From: Candidatus Kerfeldbacteria bacterium
GTDB taxonomy: Bacteria; Patescibacteriota; Patescibacteriia; SBBC01; CAIJZX01
DNA length: 64,000 nucleotides
Assembly: GCA_903825245.1 (NCBI GenBank)
Contig: CAIJZX010000031.1
Span: 14,413 to 78,412, forward strand
Direction: 5' to 3'
In this document: positions 60,281-64,000 of the stretch, one piece after another
Layout: the number at the start of each line of letters is the position of its first letter
How positions within the stretch are numbered: position 1 is the stretch's first letter
Made by a program: the position numbers and the translations under genes
The notes under the pieces: generated by a model
Told to the model about the DNA's origin: nothing
The model's database searches: none
Seen by the model: only the letters and a program-made list of their open reading frames with translations

Positions 60281-60856
60281 TTGGCATCTCGGCGTCTGTC
60301 CGATGTTTTTATGTATTGTATGAATAAACGATCAACTATTGTTAGTATTATTTCTGTCATCGTTGTGGCAACTATCGGCATTGCTTGGAGCACCCTCAAA
60401 CCGCCGATAAAGGATACAAGCGTTCAAGTTGGTATCAATAGTACTTTCACGAGTGCGGAGCTTGGAATGACATTCACGTACCCCTCATCGTGGCGTCGTG
60501 ATACCTCACAGGAATTCCAAAAGTATTTGACTGTTACAAGTACGACACCTAACCTCAACCAACAAAGTACTATTGGCGCGGTGAGCGTCAATTCTGTGGG
60601 AAAAAACCCAAAACGTCTTGACCCGACTACGTGGTTCAATGTTGAATTATCCCAAAATGTAGAATCGTTTACTCGTGTTGGTTTGGGTAAGGTACGTTCA
60701 TATACAACGTACACTATTATTGCATCAGAATTACAATCGATGCGACATATCTACATTTTTTCCGGGACAAAAGTAATCGAAGTTTCGTATCCAAATGACC
60801 AGATACAATTTACCTCAACCTACAACGATATTGTGAACTCCATTCAGATTAGGTAA
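60281..60856 (+). CDS. hypothetical membrane-anchored extracellular protein
   Basis: N-terminal TM helix; Ser/Thr-rich body. Confidence 0.45.
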   Translation: MASRRLSDVFMYCMNKRSTIVSIISVIVVATIGIAWSTLKPPIKDTSVQVGINSTFTSAELGMTFTYPSSWRRDTSQEFQKYLTVTSTTPNLNQQSTIGAVSVNSVGKNPKRLDPTTWFNVELSQNVESFTRVGLGKVRSYTTYTIIASELQSMRHIYIFSGTKVIEVSYPNDQIQFTSTYNDIVNSIQIR

Positions 60857-60950
60857 CGGTCGACTTGCGGATTCCTTGCCGGGTGGCGATCAGGAGTCCG
60901 AAAATCGGTTCTCCAAGCCGTTCCTTCCATCTGAAAGGTGGCGCATAATG

Positions 60951-61577
60951 CGTTACACCCGTTTGGTTGTCCTGTTTGGTGGTGTGCTCGTCGTTTGCAG
61001 CTGTCTCACTTCATGCGGAGAGAAGGGTGCCATTTCGAATATGGCGCCGACTGCCCAGATTGCAGTGGTCAATTCCGATTCACTGCCGATCATTGACGGT
61101 CTGTCCCCGCCGAACGCCACGCCGCCGGATTCGGTCGTGGCGAAAGCAGAAGCGTATTTCCGCAACCGTCAGACCACTCCGTTTTCCCTGTACGTAGCCG
61201 GCGTCTCAGGATACACGATTGCCAGCGTGGCAAATTCCTGGTTGGGCGTCCCTTACTACCTGGGTGGCAACACCAGGTCGGGCATCGATTGCTCGTGGCT
61301 GGTCTACCAGGTCTACCATGGCGCCGGCATCACGTCCTATCCGTACATGCCGACGGCCAAGATGAAGACCTATGGTCACTTCATCTGCGTCAACTGGTCA
61401 AACGACCCGGGAGATATCGTCCTGTTCGGTGGTCTCGGCCATACCGGCATCTACATGGGCGGTGGCTGGATGGTCGACGCCAACAGTTACTACGCTTACC
61501 ACAAGGTCATGTGGGACAATCTCAACGACCCGTACTGGCAGCAGTTCCACCCGTATCCAGTTCGTTACGTTCCGTAG
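60951..61577 (+). CDS. NlpC/P60 (C40) family cell-wall peptidase, probable lipoprotein
   Basis: LTSC lipobox; catalytic GIDCSWLV and GHTGIYMG. Confidence 0.8.
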   Translation, partial: RYTRLVVLFGGVLVVCSCLTSCGEKGAISNMAPTAQIAVVNSDSLPIIDGLSPPNATPPDSVVAKAEAYFRNRQTTPFSLYVAGVSGYTIASVANSWLGVPYYLGGNTRSGIDCSWLVYQVYHGAGITSYPYMPTAKMKTYGHFICVNWSNDPGDIVLFGGLGHTGIYMGGGWMVDANSYYAYHKVMWDNLNDPYWQQFHPYPVRYVP

Positions 61578-61597
61578 TCTCTCTCCGGCGCTTCATT

Positions 61598-62737
61598 TCA
61601 ACGAAGCGCCGTTTTTCTTGTATCCGCCCCCACTGCCTCGCTGATATTGGAAAAACCATCTTGCTTCAACAGCCACACCAATCCCCTGTTAATCTCACCA
61701 ATAACTTGAGGTCCTTCAAAAATCATACCGGTAATCAGCGCCACCAGTGACGCCCCAGCGCGAATTTTTTTGTAGGCATCGGCAGCGGTAAATATTCCGC
61801 CAACACCAATCAGTACACTTTTTCCGCCAGTGATTTTGTAAACGTGTTTCAGTGTTTCGTTTGAAGAATCCTGAACAATTTTCCCGCTCAAGCCGCCGTC
61901 GACCGGAACCTCGTGATCATGAACATGTCCGTTGTCACGACGCTTTGTCAGGTTGGTGCAGATATATCCGGTGATATAGTGTCGCTGAGCAACGACAATA
62001 ATGCCATCAAGTTCCTCAACGGTACAATCCGCTGGCAATTTGATAAATGTGGGCACAGTGTGAATCATCTCGGTTAAGGCACCAAGCAACCGATCAAGCC
62101 TAGCCGGATCGATAAACGGCTCGCCGCCGGTGGTATTTGGGCAACTGATATTGATGACCCGCGCTTGACCGATGTCACGGAAATTATTGGCCGCGCGGAC
62201 ATAATCAGCAATTCCTGCTTCTTCACGATCAAAGTCCGGATGATTGGCCTTGGCAATGCTGATGAACATTGGCACGTCTGTTTTTTTACCATGCAATCGC
62301 GCCGCGACGTTGGCACTGCCGCTGCTGTTCAAACCGTAATGCACCACTAGTCCTTGTGATTTTTGTAAACGCCACAGACGCGGTTTTTCATTTCCTACCG
62401 ACGGGCTACCGGTTACCGAACCGATTTCCATAAAGCCGAAACCGACTGCCGGTAAAATGGAAATGAGTTGCCCTTCTTTATCGAAACCCGCCGACAAGCC
62501 AACCGGATTACTAAATGTCATCCCGGCGACAGTCGTGTTCAGCATCGGATGTTGAAACCCAAAGACCTTGCTTGTTTTCCACCGCAGTAAAGAATAGCGA
62601 CCAAGCAGTTTACCAACACCAGTCATTCGGTCGTGTATGAATTCCGGATCAAACAAAAAAAGGATCGGCTTTAAGATATACCGATATAACCAGTGAACAA
62701 TCGCGTCTCGTGTCGCGCCGGCGGTTTCAGCAGCCAT
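61598..62737 (-). CDS. pyrD: dihydroorotate dehydrogenase (quinone), class 2
   Basis: N-terminal membrane-associated helices; GLSAGFDKEG ... GFGFMEIGSVT. Confidence 0.88.
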   Translation of the reverse strand: MAAETAGATRDAIVHWLYRYILKPILFLFDPEFIHDRMTGVGKLLGRYSLLRWKTSKVFGFQHPMLNTTVAGMTFSNPVGLSAGFDKEGQLISILPAVGFGFMEIGSVTGSPSVGNEKPRLWRLQKSQGLVVHYGLNSSGSANVAARLHGKKTDVPMFISIAKANHPDFDREEAGIADYVRAANNFRDIGQARVINISCPNTTGGEPFIDPARLDRLLGALTEMIHTVPTFIKLPADCTVEELDGIIVVAQRHYITGYICTNLTKRRDNGHVHDHEVPVDGGLSGKIVQDSSNETLKHVYKITGGKSVLIGVGGIFTAADAYKKIRAGASLVALITGMIFEGPQVIGEINRGLVWLLKQDGFSNISEAVGADTRKTALR

Positions 62738-62739
62738 GG

Positions 62740-63207
62740 TTATGATTTCTTGTTCTCGTCCGCCACTTTCACCTTCCGCATCTTTTTCGGCGCTTCGGTA
62801 CTATGCAACACTTCTTCCACCGTACGCTTAAGATCGTGCGGATCGAGATTGGCTTTGACAATATAGCGATCAGCACCGAGCTCATTGGCCAGGCTCATGT
62901 GCTCGTCGGAATCCAAATTCGATAGGACAATAATGCGCGTTGATTCTAAGCTGGGTGTTCCTTTGACCAAACGTAAAATATGAAAACCGCTCGGTTCATG
63001 GAAGTTCTCCACCTGCATTTCGCCGCTCGGTGTATTCGGAAGGAGCAGGTCGAGCAGGATTACTTGCGGCCTAACGCTGACCACTTTCGTTTCAGCGGTT
63101 TCCACATCGGCGGCATTATGCACGTCGTATGTCGATTGCGCCAAGGCCATGGTATAGAGCGACACCAGAATCGGTTCATCTTCGACGAGGAGAATGCGAG
63201 TGGACAT
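62740..63207 (-). CDS. stand-alone response-regulator receiver (CheY-like) protein
   Basis: ILLVEDEP ... VILLDLLLP phospho-acceptor pattern. Confidence 0.7.
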   Translation of the reverse strand: MSTRILLVEDEPILVSLYTMALAQSTYDVHNAADVETAETKVVSVRPQVILLDLLLPNTPSGEMQVENFHEPSGFHILRLVKGTPSLESTRIIVLSNLDSDEHMSLANELGADRYIVKANLDPHDLKRTVEEVLHSTEAPKKMRKVKVADENKKS

Positions 63208-63368
63208 AGGGAAAGTATATACTAATCTCGCCCAGTCGGCAAAGAAACGTAAATTGTGAATCCCGCCCCTCCATAGCCACCCCATGCTCGCTTCGCTCGA
63301 CCCCTCCAAATACTTTGGAGGGGTGTATATGGAGGGGCAGTTCACGCCGAGGTGTGAACGGGGTGGCT

Positions 63369-63707
63369 TTACCGCATTGCAGTATTCTTCATCATCAATT
63401 CGTCAACGATGTTGGTCAAATATTCAATCACGCTCTCCATTCTCCAATACACGTCCGCGTTCGTTACTCGAGCGAGTCGAACACCGCGTGCTGTTAAATA
63501 CGCTGTACGTTCTCGATCAAGAGCTAATCCAGTTTTTGTATAGTGTTGCGATCCGTCAACTTCGACCGCTAAACGAATTGCCGGGCAGTAAAAGTCGACA
63601 ATAAAGATACCGATACTTGTTTGACGACGAAACTTTACCCCGCAAAGACCATGTTTTCGCAACACAAACCATAACCGACGTTCAGCCTCAGTCGGAAAGT
63701 TGCGCAT
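63369..63707 (-). CDS. DUF559/Vsr-like endonuclease-domain protein
   Basis: PTEAERRLW ... FIVDFYC ... LAVEVDGSQH pattern. Confidence 0.65.
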   Translation of the reverse strand: MRNFPTEAERRLWFVLRKHGLCGVKFRRQTSIGIFIVDFYCPAIRLAVEVDGSQHYTKTGLALDRERTAYLTARGVRLARVTNADVYWRMESVIEYLTNIVDELMMKNTAMR

Positions 63708-63832
63708 ATGGCGCCGTCGATGACAAAGATGTTGCTTCGAAGAAAACATGGCCTAGACACAGTTGTGCCAAGTCCGCTTTCAACGTAAACCATTCCGAGC
63801 TACACGTCAAGTACGGCTGATGATTTATTTTG

Positions 63833-64000
63833 CTTTCGTAACCTGCGTCACAACGTCCGCTGGAACAAGCTCAATATTATTCATCGGTGCATTCAATGGC
63901 AACGTAAACTGGAACGTACTGCCTTTACCTTCACCGTCGGATTCAGCCCAAATTTTTCCGCCGTGGGCATCAATGATCGATTTAGCGATAAAAAGCCCTA
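63833..64000 (-). CDS. C-terminal HATPase portion of a sensor histidine kinase (partial, continues beyond the window)
   Basis: Reverse translation gives ...[25 protein letters not shown] (G2 box). Confidence 0.6.

Overview
This 64 kb window reads as a bacterial chromosomal segment of about 50% GC with a few AT-rich islands. It is gene-dense, mostly on the minus strand, and dominated by housekeeping genes: thrS, miaA, gatB, ssb, msrA, the folA-thyA-tmk dTMP block, rplK-rplA-nusG-secE, gyrB, pheS-pheT, rnhA-recJ, a pgk-eno-gpmI-gpmI glycolytic block, pyrD, and a Y-family polymerase. Between these sit cell-envelope genes: a PspC-LiaF/Toastrack-DUF4342 module, three paralogous GT-C membrane glycosyltransferases, a GT2-GT2 fusion, an NlpC/P60 peptidase and an ABC-2 exporter. 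Many small secreted, Cys-rich or membrane proteins have no assignable function. I found no rRNA, convincing tRNA or CRISPR array. The most interesting content is non-coding: (i) a perfect 10-5-10 palindromic repeat (cttattggga-ctgag-tcccaataag) in three copies, flanking a UvrD-like helicase fused to a RecB/Cas4-type 4-Cys nuclease and lying next to a small GIY-YIG nuclease gene that has its own degenerate inverted repeats; (ii) four ~100 bp intergenic elements, each a 16-20 bp perfect inverted repeat around an AT-rich ~40-75 nt spacer (MITE-like or long-hairpin RNA); (iii) a ~65 nt conserved element in two copies in the 5' leaders of two minus-strand genes; (iv) a ~400 bp ORF-free gap at 17400-17827 ending in an intrinsic terminator, which may be a structured RNA; and (v) a family of GC-rich CCCCTCC/GGAGGGG hairpins at gene ends. 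The window also contains a tandem duplication of divergent iPGM paralogs, a PheS lacking its N-terminal arm, and one GT-C paralog with clearly foreign (AT-rich) composition. All calls come from reading the sequence and translated ORFs by eye; no database searches were run.
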